DNA of 64,000 bases, from NCBI GenBank assembly GCA_039028615.1, contig JBCCHT010000023.1:32001-96000 (forward strand), in the 5' to 3' direction. The position numbers were made by a program, and so were the translations under genes. This document shows, piece after piece, positions 1 through 9,474 of the stretch. The notes beneath the pieces are model-generated. The model worked only from the letters and a program-made list of their open reading frames with translations, was not told the origin of the DNA and ran no database searches. The first letter of the stretch is position 1. Each line of letters opens with the position of its first letter. Source of the DNA: Myxococcota bacterium. Lineage in GTDB: Bacteria > Myxococcota_A > Polyangia > Nannocystales > Nannocystaceae.

Positions 1-363
1 TCGGCTCTGGTCTACGCACTGCCCACGGGTGAGACGGCACGCACGACCCTGGGCCTCGACACCGCCTCGCAGATGTCGCCCGCCGCCCTCGCCAAGACGG
101 CCGCCGCCGGTCTAACCGACGCCACGCCGCTGTGGTTCTACTGCCTGGGTGAAGCCGAGGACAACGGCGGTCAGCTCGGTGCCGTGGGCGGGCTCATCGT
201 GGCCTGGACCTTCTTGCAGATGCTGCGCTGCGATCCCCACTCGTACGTCAACGCGGCCACGCCGTGGCAGCCCGTGCTGCTGCCCAGCGAGCCGGGCAAG
301 TTCGAGATGGCCGACCTCATCCGCATCGCCGACGGCGAGCGCATCGACGCCTTCGGGTCCTAG
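1..363 (+). CDS. Heme peroxidase family protein, C-terminal part (5' end outside window)
   Basis: TPLWFYCLGEAE..GGQLGAVGGLIVAWTFLQML..DPHSY....PWQP resembles the C-terminus of bacterial animal-haem-peroxidase-like proteins; frame open from base 1. Confidence 0.7.
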   Translation, partial: SALVYALPTGETARTTLGLDTASQMSPAALAKTAAAGLTDATPLWFYCLGEAEDNGGQLGAVGGLIVAWTFLQMLRCDPHSYVNAATPWQPVLLPSEPGKFEMADLIRIADGERIDAFGS

Positions 364-609
364 CCCGAGGGCGCTCGGCCGGCACGGAGCAATCGGCAAT
401 TCAGCGGCAACATTCGATCGACTGCCCGGCTCGTCGCGTACGCCACCGTGTGGAGCACGAGCATCGTCGCCCACGAGGACTGACCGCGCCCACCGACGGG
501 CCGTCGTGAGGGAAACGCCGAGGCGCGGGCGAAATCTCCGGAAATCGAAATCCAAAGCGGTTCGGCCGGGCACCTCACGGTTGTGGGGCGTGACCTCAAC
601 GAAGCCGCG

Positions 610-2337
610 ATGAATGTCCGACTCTGTGCCGCGAGCGTGCGACCGACCGAGATCCGGGCCGCCGATCAGATCGTGCAGTGCCTGCGGCAGCACGGCGTGG
701 AGCGAGTCTTCGGGATTCCCGGGGGCACCATCTCGCCGGTCTTCGACGCCCTGATCGCGGCGGGGATCGAGATCGTGTCGTGCCAACACGAGACCATGGC
801 CGTCTACGCGGCGGCTGGTCACGCGCGGGCGACCGGGTGCCCCGCCGTGGTCGCGGTCACCTCCGGGCCCGGGGTGCTCAACGCCCTGACCGGACTGGCT
901 GCGGCCGACCGCGACGAGCTGCCCGTGCTGCTGCTGTGCGGAGAAGCGGACACCCGCAGCTTCGGCCGCGCCCCGCTCCAAGAAGGCGGCACGACGGGCC
1001 TGGACATCGTCACCATCGCTCGGTCGCTCACGCGTCACGCCGAGCTCGTGATGCAGCCGCAGCGAGCCGCCGCGGCGGTCGATCGTGCGCTGACGACGAT
1101 CGGCCAGGCTCCCTACGGCGCGGCCTTGCTGAGCCTCCCCTTCAACGTCACCCGAGCCCCGGTTTCCGCGGCATCGTTCGTCGGGCAGCGCACCCCGCCG
1201 CCCCGGTCTCCAGACCTCGGACTGTGTGCCGAGATCGCCACGCTGCTGGGCGAGGCCGAGCGACCCGCGATCATGCTCGGCGTCGGTGCCAAGCGAAGCG
1301 GGGTCGGTCCCATCGTACGCCGGATCGCGGAGCGGTTGGGCGTTCCCGTGCTCACCGACATCGAGGCCAAGGGCTGCATGCCGGAGAGCCATCCGCTGTC
1401 GCTCGGAGTCTTCGGCATCGGCAGCCGGGGGCACGCCACCGCCTATCTACGCCGTGGCGTGGACCTGCTCGTGACGGTGGGATGTCGACTCGACGACAAC
1501 ACCACCAATCGCTATGCCGACGTCCTGCGTCCCGCCGAGGGTCTGCTAGTCCAGCTCGATCACGATGCCGATCGCCTCGGTCGAGCCTATGCCGCCGATC
1601 GGATGCTGTGCGCGGACTTGGTGCTGACCTGCGAGGCGATCGAGCGAGCACTCCCGGCACCAAGCCCCGCCGATCACGACCGCCGTCGTCGCCTGGCCCG
1701 CGCCCCCGACCCCTGCTCGCGCCTCGAGGCTCCGAGCCGGGCTCCCCACGATCCCCGTCGCGTCGCCCCTGCCCTGGTGGCCGCGCTCGGCCCCGACGGC
1801 GCCTTGTGCTGCGACATCGGCAACCACCTGCTCTTCGCCGCGCAGAGCCTGGCGGTGGACGACCCCGAGGGGTTTTGGGTCTCGGCCGGGTTGGGCGGCA
1901 TGGGCTCAGGCCTCGGCGTGGCCATCGGCATGCAGGTCGCCTACGGAGACCGACGCAAGGTCGCGTGCATCGTCGGCGACGGCGGCCTGCTCATGTGCGG
2001 CAACGAACTGTCGACCCTCGCTCGGTACCAAGTGCCGCTGGTGATCGTGGTCTACGACGATCGCCGCTGGGGCATGGTGTCCGACGGGTTCGAGCAGATC
2101 TACGGCCACCGCCCGCCGCAATTCGACACGCCCCGAGCCGACCTCGTGGAGTACGGACGCTCGATGGGCGTCCGCTCGCATCGCGTCGATGCGTTGACCG
2201 AGATCGAGCCGCTGCTGCGCGCACACCCGGCCGAGCCTCTGCTGCTGGTGGTGCCGATCGATCCCCGCGTGCAGCCCACCAACGAACGCAATGACGTGCT
2301 CGGACCCGACTCGAAGGACCGCGCGCCACTCGGCTGA
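610..2337 (+). CDS. Thiamine diphosphate-dependent enzyme (acetolactate synthase-like superfamily)
   Basis: FGIPGG, HE catalytic Glu (CQHETMA), TSGPG, and ThDP motif GDGG...VYDD; ATG at 610. Confidence 0.9.
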   Translation: MNVRLCAASVRPTEIRAADQIVQCLRQHGVERVFGIPGGTISPVFDALIAAGIEIVSCQHETMAVYAAAGHARATGCPAVVAVTSGPGVLNALTGLAAADRDELPVLLLCGEADTRSFGRAPLQEGGTTGLDIVTIARSLTRHAELVMQPQRAAAAVDRALTTIGQAPYGAALLSLPFNVTRAPVSAASFVGQRTPPPRSPDLGLCAEIATLLGEAERPAIMLGVGAKRSGVGPIVRRIAERLGVPVLTDIEAKGCMPESHPLSLGVFGIGSRGHATAYLRRGVDLLVTVGCRLDDNTTNRYADVLRPAEGLLVQLDHDADRLGRAYAADRMLCADLVLTCEAIERALPAPSPADHDRRRRLARAPDPCSRLEAPSRAPHDPRRVAPALVAALGPDGALCCDIGNHLLFAAQSLAVDDPEGFWVSAGLGGMGSGLGVAIGMQVAYGDRRKVACIVGDGGLLMCGNELSTLARYQVPLVIVVYDDRRWGMVSDGFEQIYGHRPPQFDTPRADLVEYGRSMGVRSHRVDALTEIEPLLRAHPAEPLLLVVPIDPRVQPTNERNDVLGPDSKDRAPLG

Positions 2338-2371
2338 GTCCAGACCGACCGACGACACAGAGGACGACGAC

Positions 2372-3424
2372 ATGAACGGAATCTTGGGACTGGGTAAGTT
2401 CTTGCCCCCGGACGTTCGCCGCAACGATTGGTGGCCGAAGGCCACGGTCGACAAGTGGCGCCAACGCATGCGCATGGCCGCCACGCAGGAGCCCGTCGAC
2501 GACGACGCCCGCCGGGTGATGGAGGCACAGCTCGAGTACGCCGACGACCCCTTCTCGGGCGCGGTCGAGCGCCGCGTGATGTCGCCGGACATGAACGCCT
2601 CCGACATGGAGATCGCCGCCGCCCGAGCCGCCCTCGACGACGCGGGGGTCGATGCCAGGGACATCGACCTGGTGATCAACGAGTCGAGCACGCCCGACTA
2701 CCTCGGCACCAATACCGCCTGTGTAGTGCACGAAGCCCTGGGCTTGCCCCGCACCGCGCTGACCGTCTCCGTACAGGCGGCATGCAACGGGTTCCACCAG
2801 CAGGTCACGCTCGCCGATGCTCTCATCGCCAGCGGCCGTGCGCGCCGAGCCTTGCTCGTGCAATCGTGTGGCCTGTCGCGGCTGTTGCCCTACGACCAAC
2901 CCTTCTCGCCGCTGTTCGGCGACGCTGCCACCGCTCAGGTGCTCGGCCCGGTCGGTGAAGGGCGAGGGCTCCTCGCCGCTCATCACCGCACCGACGGTTC
3001 CCTGGGCCATACGCTGCTGCTCGAGACGCAGGAAGGGCGATGGTGGAACCGTGGCCCGGTGGCGCTGCGCAACGCCAACCCGAGTGCCTCCCATCAGATG
3101 CTGGTGACCCTTCCGCGCTACGCCCGGGAGACGGTCGGCGGCGTGCTGAAGCAGGCCGAGCTTCAGCCATCCCAGGTCGACTTCGTCGCCATGCACCAGG
3201 CCTTTCCCTGGTATCGCCGCGTCGTGCAAAAGGCGGTCGGTCTCGAGCACGCGCGAGCGCTCGACACCTTCAGCTTCGCGGGCAGCGTGTGGGCCTGCAA
3301 CGTGCCCTTGGTGCTGGCGACGGCGCAGCAACGGGGAGAGCTGAACGATGGAGACCTCGTCGTCACGCAAGGCGGCGGCAGCGGGATGACCTACTCCAGC
3401 CTCGCGCTGCGCTGGGGCCGGTGA
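2372..3424 (+). CDS. 3-oxoacyl-ACP synthase III (FabH)-like condensing enzyme
   Basis: AACNGF catalytic Cys, MHQ His, C-terminal GGGSGMTY; GAGGA RBS upstream of ATG 2372; 34 bp after ThDP gene. Confidence 0.88.
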   Translation: MNGILGLGKFLPPDVRRNDWWPKATVDKWRQRMRMAATQEPVDDDARRVMEAQLEYADDPFSGAVERRVMSPDMNASDMEIAAARAALDDAGVDARDIDLVINESSTPDYLGTNTACVVHEALGLPRTALTVSVQAACNGFHQQVTLADALIASGRARRALLVQSCGLSRLLPYDQPFSPLFGDAATAQVLGPVGEGRGLLAAHHRTDGSLGHTLLLETQEGRWWNRGPVALRNANPSASHQMLVTLPRYARETVGGVLKQAELQPSQVDFVAMHQAFPWYRRVVQKAVGLEHARALDTFSFAGSVWACNVPLVLATAQQRGELNDGDLVVTQGGGSGMTYSSLALRWGR

Positions 3425-3577
3425 ACGAGCGACGATCTTCTCGTTCAGCGCATACCAACCGGGAAGCCACGCGGGCGGACCCGCCGAGACCCCCGCGCCG
3501 ACGATCACCACCAGTCCGTCATCCAACGCGGAGGACAGGCGAGCGATCTCCGACGTCCACGAACCGGGCTTCATCAC
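3425..3577 (-). pseudogene. N-terminal fragment of SIR2-like NAD-binding protein
   Basis: LVVIVGAGVSAGPPAWLPGWYAL is the sirtuin-family N-terminal signature; after about 50 codons the frame runs into the antisense of the fabH-like gene. Confidence 0.6.
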
Positions 3578-3584
3578 GTCGACG

Positions 3585-3905
3585 TCAGCGACGCCCGGAG
3601 CCTTTCACCAACACCGCTCGCAGCTGCGTCGACACCTCGGGTGGCACATCGCCCGACCGCAGGATCCGCTTCGCTTCCGACTTCGCTTCCTCGAGTCGGC
3701 CCGACGCCGCCAGCGACACCGCCAACGAGACTGCCGCCTCGAGATCTGCGTCCACCTCGGTTTCGCCCTGTCCACGCACCGACGCCGCTTCGTCCCGCAG
3801 GCCGCGTTCGGCGTAGAGCTGGGCCAGCTTGGCGCGCGTCGAGGCACGCTCAGCGACTCCCGGGATCTCCCCCTTGAGGATGTCGACCAACGTCATCAGC
3901 TGCAT
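3585..3905 (-). pseudogene. Short TPR-like ORF, probably C-terminal remnant
   Basis: KLAQLYAERGLRDEA and SLAASGRLEEAKSEA TPR-like helices; in-frame stop at 3939-3941 just upstream. Confidence 0.4.
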
Positions 3906-3960
3906 TCGGATCGAGTACCGCTGCCGTCGATGGTGGCGCTACGTCGACTCCGTTCAGGTT

Positions 3961-4090
3961 GATCTCGGATTCCCCTTTGGTTTCGTGCGATCGAAAAAGG
4001 AGATCTCGTGGAAATCGACGGATCAGATCCCGGGATCTCGCAGATCAGATCTCGGGATCTCTTCGATCAGATCTCTTCGATCAGATCTCC
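3961..4090. repeat. GATC-dense degenerate tandem repeat (GATCAGATCTC units)
   Basis: 13 GATC sites between 3961 and 4087; GATCAGATC at 4021, 4043, 4065, 4079. Confidence 0.85.
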
Positions 4091-4093
4091 TCG

Positions 4094-4999
4094 TCACCCG
4101 TGCTTGAGATGGGGATCGAGCAGCTTGCCCCACGCCTTGCTCACCCGCCCGTACTCCTCGGGGCACTGCTCGGCGCGTTCACGCGGCAGCACGTCGTCCT
4201 CCACCATGTGCTCGTGCGAGTCGGGGTCTTGGCCGTAGACCAAGCACAGCGTGTTGTAGAAGCGCTGCTCGCCCAAAGAGTGCACGCCCCAAAACGGAAG
4301 CTCTTGGAGTTCGCTCTCGGCTTCGTCGGGCAAGAACGCCTCCGCTCCGTCGATCGCCATGTTGCGACCGTCCTCTCCGCTCGAGAGCAACGCGAGCGTC
4401 GCGAGCTGATCCACGGCGTCCTCTTCGTTGCCCGTGATCGGCAGCTCGAAGATGTGGGCCACCGCGTGCCCGAGCTCGTGATAGAGCGTGAACATGGTCG
4501 CGCCTTCGATCTGCGCGTCCGCCATCTCTTCGCTCTCGGCGTACTTGTCGAACATCGTCGCGAAGCTCTCGATCAGCTCGTAGCACATCGAGATCTGATG
4601 CTTCTCCGGGTCGTAGAAGGCGTTGGCTTCACCGCAGTCTTCGAGCACGACCGGGACGTCGAACGGAAACGCGAGCGTCGCGTTGTTGTACTCGCAAAAT
4701 TGCTCGAGCAGCTCGGCCCCCTGGAGCACCTCTTCGAGATCGTGGTTCTCGGTCTGGCCGTAGCGCGGCTTCAGATCGCCCGCATCGGCGGGTCCTTTCG
4801 CCTTCGCGTCGTCGTCCTTTTCGGCCGGGGCGGCATCCTTCTTCGCCGGCTCCTTCGCGTCCGCATCCGAGGACTTCTTCGCCGGGGCATCGTTGCTGGC
4901 CGACGGCTCGCTGTCCTTCTTGCACCCGACCGTCGTGAACACGAGCACGGTGGCAGCGAGAGCCGACAGACTGCGAATCAACGGGAGAGGCCTCGACAT
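4094..4999 (-). CDS. DUF4344-type putative zinc metallopeptidase lipoprotein
   Basis: Lipobox TVGC; CGEANAFYDP, HELGH, NEEDAVDQLA motifs. Confidence 0.85.
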   Translation of the reverse strand: MSRPLPLIRSLSALAATVLVFTTVGCKKDSEPSASNDAPAKKSSDADAKEPAKKDAAPAEKDDDAKAKGPADAGDLKPRYGQTENHDLEEVLQGAELLEQFCEYNNATLAFPFDVPVVLEDCGEANAFYDPEKHQISMCYELIESFATMFDKYAESEEMADAQIEGATMFTLYHELGHAVAHIFELPITGNEEDAVDQLATLALLSSGEDGRNMAIDGAEAFLPDEAESELQELPFWGVHSLGEQRFYNTLCLVYGQDPDSHEHMVEDDVLPRERAEQCPEEYGRVSKAWGKLLDPHLKHG

Positions 5000-5091
5000 C
5001 CAATCGATGGTACGCCCAAGCCGGACCCCACGACAGGAACGGGGCGCGGAGCCACTGCCCTCGCGCCCCCGCGGCGGGCTCGGACGGGCCC

Positions 5092-6390
5092 TCAGCGGAT
5101 GCGGAAGGCGTTCATGATGATGCCCGGCACTTCGAGACCGCCCCGAGGCACGTCGCCGGACAGGTCCATCATGCGTGCGGTGGCCAATAGCGCCGTGGCC
5201 TCCGTGGCCCAAGTCGTACCGTCGAGCTGCAGTACCCGGGTCGAGCCGGCCATCGGCGGAAGATCGGTGAACACTTCGATCGGCTCGTCGCCGGCCAGAT
5301 CCAGTCGGCCCCAACGCCACGCGGCCGCGCCGTTGGCATCACCCAGGGTCTCGACGTCGGCCGGCAGCAGGTCTTCGTCGAGGAGGCGCACGTACACCTC
5401 GGTGTCGCGCTGCTGCATGAGCGTGCCGCCCTGTCGCCCGCCCGTTCGCTCCGCGAAGGTGACGTAGCGATCGACCTCGTAGGTCCCCGCCGGGATCCGG
5501 AAGATGCACTCCGTGCCGTCGCTCAGCCCGCCGATCCGATTGAACACCGACGACACGTCCGATGCCCCCCACAGATCTCCATTGTCGGCCAACACCAGCG
5601 AGGTGAGTGCGGCGCAGTCCGGGATCTCCACCGTCCGGGTGACGGTATCCGTCTGCGGATCGAGAAACACCACGTTGGACATGGGGCCGTATGCGCTGGA
5701 GAACGACACGAAGGACTGCGAGTAGACCAGCTCGCCATCGCGATCGAGCGGACGGCCGCCGATGACCCCGATCCATCCCACCGCGCCCGTATCCCCCAGG
5801 TCGATGGTGCCCGTGATCTCGAACCGCGAAGGATCCCAGATGCCCACGAGTTGGGTCAGCGTGTCGATGACATAGGCCTTGGTGTCGGAGAGGAACACGA
5901 AGTTGCCGTGGCGAGCGCCCGACGAGCTCGCCGTGAACCCCTCCATCGACAGCGTGCGACCCTCGGTGATGCCCCCCGCCGAGTCGATCGAAAACTCGGT
6001 GAGCCGCGGCGTCGCCCCGTCGACGAGGTACACGACCTCGCCATCGTCGGGCCCGACCGCGATCCCCCCGTTGGGGATCTCCAGTGCCTGGCCGAGATCG
6101 ACGTCGATATCGTCCGCGGGTGAATCGACCATCACGACATAGCCCTGCCGTGGCGTCCCCGGCAGGACGACGGAGACCGCGTACTGGCCATCCGAAGCTC
6201 CCTCCGTCGTTGCCGACGCGGTCTCGTCCGCGTCGTCACTGGCGGGCATCGGTTCCGTCGACGCGACCGTGCTACCCGCGGCGGTGTCCTCCTCGGGCAC
6301 CGCACAAGCGGCGAAACTCGATGACGCGACGAACCCACACACTGGAAGCATGGCGAGGAGCCGTGAGCTAGGGCGGCGAAGAATCTGCAT
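5092..6390 (-). CDS. MxcI-like lipoprotein associated with TonB-dependent uptake
   Basis: Lipobox FAAC, acidic linker, beta-rich body, ECIFRIPAG motif shared with 11521 and 12856 paralogs. Confidence 0.65.
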   Translation of the reverse strand: MQILRRPSSRLLAMLPVCGFVASSSFAACAVPEEDTAAGSTVASTEPMPASDDADETASATTEGASDGQYAVSVVLPGTPRQGYVVMVDSPADDIDVDLGQALEIPNGGIAVGPDDGEVVYLVDGATPRLTEFSIDSAGGITEGRTLSMEGFTASSSGARHGNFVFLSDTKAYVIDTLTQLVGIWDPSRFEITGTIDLGDTGAVGWIGVIGGRPLDRDGELVYSQSFVSFSSAYGPMSNVVFLDPQTDTVTRTVEIPDCAALTSLVLADNGDLWGASDVSSVFNRIGGLSDGTECIFRIPAGTYEVDRYVTFAERTGGRQGGTLMQQRDTEVYVRLLDEDLLPADVETLGDANGAAAWRWGRLDLAGDEPIEVFTDLPPMAGSTRVLQLDGTTWATEATALLATARMMDLSGDVPRGGLEVPGIIMNAFRIR

Positions 6391-6481
6391 GTCTGGTTCG
6401 GTGGTCGGACCGCGAGACGATCGGTTCGTGAAACTCGCACCACGACGCGGGGGCGGGTTCCGATGCTCCTCGCAGCGAAAA

Positions 6482-6496
6482 CGCAAATCAATCTCA
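6482..6496. promoter_or_regulatory. Possible Fur-like box in divergent promoter region
   Basis: Reverse strand TGAGATTGATTTGCG, 9/14 matches to TGATAAT-N-ATTATCA; AT-rich patch next to TonB locus; weaker copy at 6608-6622. Confidence 0.35.
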
Positions 6497-6697
6497 ACAA
6501 TAACCGAAGGCGCTCAAAACGCAGAACTCGAACAACGTAGGTCGGCTCTCTGTGGGATCTGGTCGCATAGGGCGAGGAACACGCCGCTTCGTGAGGTGAA
6601 CCTTTATTGAAAGCGACATTCAGAATGCTTGACAGTTGCGCGGGGGTCGGGCCTTCTGGGTCGCCCCCGCGAAACCGGGTCTCACAGCTGTACAACG

Positions 6698-9457
6698 ATG
6701 TTCCCACTGCGAAAGCCCGCTCGATCTTCGGACGACCGGTCTGCGATCTCGAGACCACGAACGCTGGCTCGAATGGCGTGGGTCCTCGTCGCGCTGCTCG
6801 GCTGCCCTGCGTCGGTGTGGGCGGCTCCGCCGACCGAGTCGAGCAGCGCGGTGCCGCCGGTCCTTCGGGATTTCGTCCAGGCCGAGCGACCCCCCGAGCG
6901 GCCGGACGAGGCCGTCGTGGTCACGCTGCGACTGACCATCGACACCACGGGAGCGGTGACCGAGGCCGAGGTGGTGGAGTCCAGAGGCGAGGCGTTCGAC
7001 GACGCGGCTCGCACGGCGGCGCTCGGCTTCGTGTTCGATCCGGCCCGGGTCGACGGACAGGCCCGGGCCGCTCGCATCGTTTTTCAGTACGCCTTCGATC
7101 CCGCGCCGGCTCCGGCTCCCACTCCGGCCGAGCCGGAGCTGCCTCCGCCCGGAAACGTCGCCGGGCAAGTGTTCGAGGCAGACACGCAGACGCCGTTGGC
7201 CGGAGTCCTGCTGCGGCTGTCGGGCGACGCAGGCACCTTCGAAGTACGCTCGGACGCCGACGGCTCGTTCGCCCTCGACGACGTCCCCCCCGGTCGATAC
7301 GAGCTGACCGCGACCTCCGACGGGAACGGCACGTTGTCCATCCCGCTCGTGATCGAGCCCGGCGAGTCCGCGACTCCCGTGCTGCGCATGGTCGCGGCGG
7401 CCCGCGCTGCACCGCCCATCGAGGTCACGGTGGTGGGCGAGTCGGAGGCCGAGCGCCTCCGGCAGTCGGCCCAGGCCGTGTCCGTGGTCGAGACCGAGGA
7501 GGCGCGCCGACGCAGCGCCGACCTGGGCGAAGTGCTGGCACGAACCTCCGGCGTGGGCGTCCGACGGGGCGGAGGGCTCGGCTCCGGCACCCGCTTCTCG
7601 CTCAACGGCCTGACGGGCGACCAGATCCGCTTCTTCGTCGACGGAGTCCCGCTTCACTTCGCGGGCTACCCCTTCGGCATCGCGAACGTCCCCGTCAACC
7701 TGGTCGATCGAGCCGAGATCTACCGCGGGGTGGTGCCCGTGCGGTTCGGCGCCGACGCGCTCGGTGGCGCCGTCAACTTGGTCACCGACGACGACGTCGA
7801 CGGCACCCACGGCGGGCTTTCGTACCAGATGGGCTCGTTCGGCACGCATCGCATGACCGCGTCGGTGCGCCACAAGCACGATCCCAGCGGCTACTTCGTC
7901 CGCGCGGTCACCTTCATCGACTCCGCGGACAACGACTATCGCGTGCAGGTCGAAGTCCCGAACGACGTCGGGCAGCTGTCGGAGGCCACGGTCCACCGCT
8001 TCCACGACGGGTACCGGGCCGTCGGCGGCAACGTGGAGACGGGAGTCGTCGATCGTTCGTGGGCCGACCGGCTGCTGGTACGGGCCTTCGTGACCGATGC
8101 CCGCAAGGACATCCAGCACAACGTCGTGATGACCGTCCCCTACGGCGAGGTCGAGTTCGGGCGCATGACGACCGGCGCGAGCGCACGGTACTCGAATCGC
8201 TTCGCGGGACGCTTCCGGCTGGGGGTCATCGGGGGCTACGCCTATACCGCCACCGAGTTCCAGGACCTCGCCGAGTGTGTCTACGACTGGTTCGGTCGGT
8301 GCATCTTCGATCGAGCGACCCCCGGCGAGCTGGTGCCCGGCGGAGCCGACCAGATCCTGCACGAGCACGCGGGCTACGGGCGGGTGAGCTTCGAATGGCG
8401 GATTCACCCGCAGCACGCCCTGCGAGCCTCGCTTTCGCCCACGTACACCACGCGAGAAGGGGAAGATCGGCTCCTCGACAACCCGGACGCCGTCGACCCC
8501 CTGACCGCGCAGCGGGACCTGATGACCTGGGTCAACGGCGTGGAGTACGAGCTCAACCTGTTCTCCGATCGCGTCGAGAACATCGCCTTCGCCAAGCACT
8601 ACACCCAGCTGGCTCGGTCGGAGGAGCCGCTGCCCGGCGGCAGGCTCCAGGCACGCGATCGCGACACGCATCGCGGCGGCGTGGGCAATGCCCTGCGCGT
8701 GCGGATCGTCGACTCGCTCTACGCCAAGGCCTCCTACGAGTGGGCCACCCGGCTGCCGCGTCCGAACGAGATCTTCGGCGACGGCGTTCGCATCGTCGAC
8801 AACCTCGAGCTGCGGCCGGAGGTGAGCCACAACGTCAACGGCGGGCTCACCTTCGGGCTCGAGACCGACAAGGCCGGCGACTGGCGAGCCGACGTCAACG
8901 GGTTCCTGCGCGAGGTCGACGACCTGATCGTGCTGCTGGGTACCGCCGAGGTCTTCAGCTATCACAACGTGTTCGAGGCCCGCTCGACTGGCGTCGAGGC
9001 CTCGGCCGGTTGGACCTCGCCCGGCGACTACGGGAGCATCGACGGCAACGTCACCTACGTCGACTTCCGCAACACCTCCACCGAGGGGCCCTTCGGCGAC
9101 TTCGACGGAGACCGGATCCCCAACCGTCCGTATCTCACGGTCAACGGCTCGGCCAAGCTCGCGTACCAGGGCATCGCGGCCGCGGACGCACGGGACCAAC
9201 TCTCGCTGTCGTGGAACACGCGATACGTGCGGGAGTTCTTTCGCGGCTGGGAGAGCGTGGGCCTGGTGCAGTTCAAACAGACCGTGCCGTCGCAGCTGCT
9301 GCACACCGTCGGGCTCACCTACCTGACCCGAGGCACGACCGTGGATCTGTCGTTCACCGGCGAGATTCAGAACGTGACGGACCAGCAGGCCTTCGACTTT
9401 TTCGGCGTGCAGCGACCCGGCCGCGCCTTCTACTTCAAGACCACCCTCGACTTCTGA
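6698..9457 (+). CDS. TonB-dependent receptor (MxcH-like) with N-terminal TonB-C and carboxypeptidase-regulatory-like domains
   Basis: LTIDTTGAVTEAEV..FDDAA TonB-C-like segment; plug motif EIYRGVVPVRFGADALGGAVN; LRPE; terminal Phe; alternative start 6773. Confidence 0.9.
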   Translation: MFPLRKPARSSDDRSAISRPRTLARMAWVLVALLGCPASVWAAPPTESSSAVPPVLRDFVQAERPPERPDEAVVVTLRLTIDTTGAVTEAEVVESRGEAFDDAARTAALGFVFDPARVDGQARAARIVFQYAFDPAPAPAPTPAEPELPPPGNVAGQVFEADTQTPLAGVLLRLSGDAGTFEVRSDADGSFALDDVPPGRYELTATSDGNGTLSIPLVIEPGESATPVLRMVAAARAAPPIEVTVVGESEAERLRQSAQAVSVVETEEARRRSADLGEVLARTSGVGVRRGGGLGSGTRFSLNGLTGDQIRFFVDGVPLHFAGYPFGIANVPVNLVDRAEIYRGVVPVRFGADALGGAVNLVTDDDVDGTHGGLSYQMGSFGTHRMTASVRHKHDPSGYFVRAVTFIDSADNDYRVQVEVPNDVGQLSEATVHRFHDGYRAVGGNVETGVVDRSWADRLLVRAFVTDARKDIQHNVVMTVPYGEVEFGRMTTGASARYSNRFAGRFRLGVIGGYAYTATEFQDLAECVYDWFGRCIFDRATPGELVPGGADQILHEHAGYGRVSFEWRIHPQHALRASLSPTYTTREGEDRLLDNPDAVDPLTAQRDLMTWVNGVEYELNLFSDRVENIAFAKHYTQLARSEEPLPGGRLQARDRDTHRGGVGNALRVRIVDSLYAKASYEWATRLPRPNEIFGDGVRIVDNLELRPEVSHNVNGGLTFGLETDKAGDWRADVNGFLREVDDLIVLLGTAEVFSYHNVFEARSTGVEASAGWTSPGDYGSIDGNVTYVDFRNTSTEGPFGDFDGDRIPNRPYLTVNGSAKLAYQGIAAADARDQLSLSWNTRYVREFFRGWESVGLVQFKQTVPSQLLHTVGLTYLTRGTTVDLSFTGEIQNVTDQQAFDFFGVQRPGRAFYFKTTLDF

Positions 9458-9474
9458 TCGTCGACGCACACGCC

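Noticed and set aside
1991..3577. 528-aa intact SIR2 protein
   Set aside because: Only the first about 50 aa look SIR2-like; the rest is antisense to the fabH-like and ThDP genes
3961..4090. oriC-like GATC cluster
   Set aside because: No DnaA boxes, no AT-rich unwinding element and no dnaA/gidA context seen
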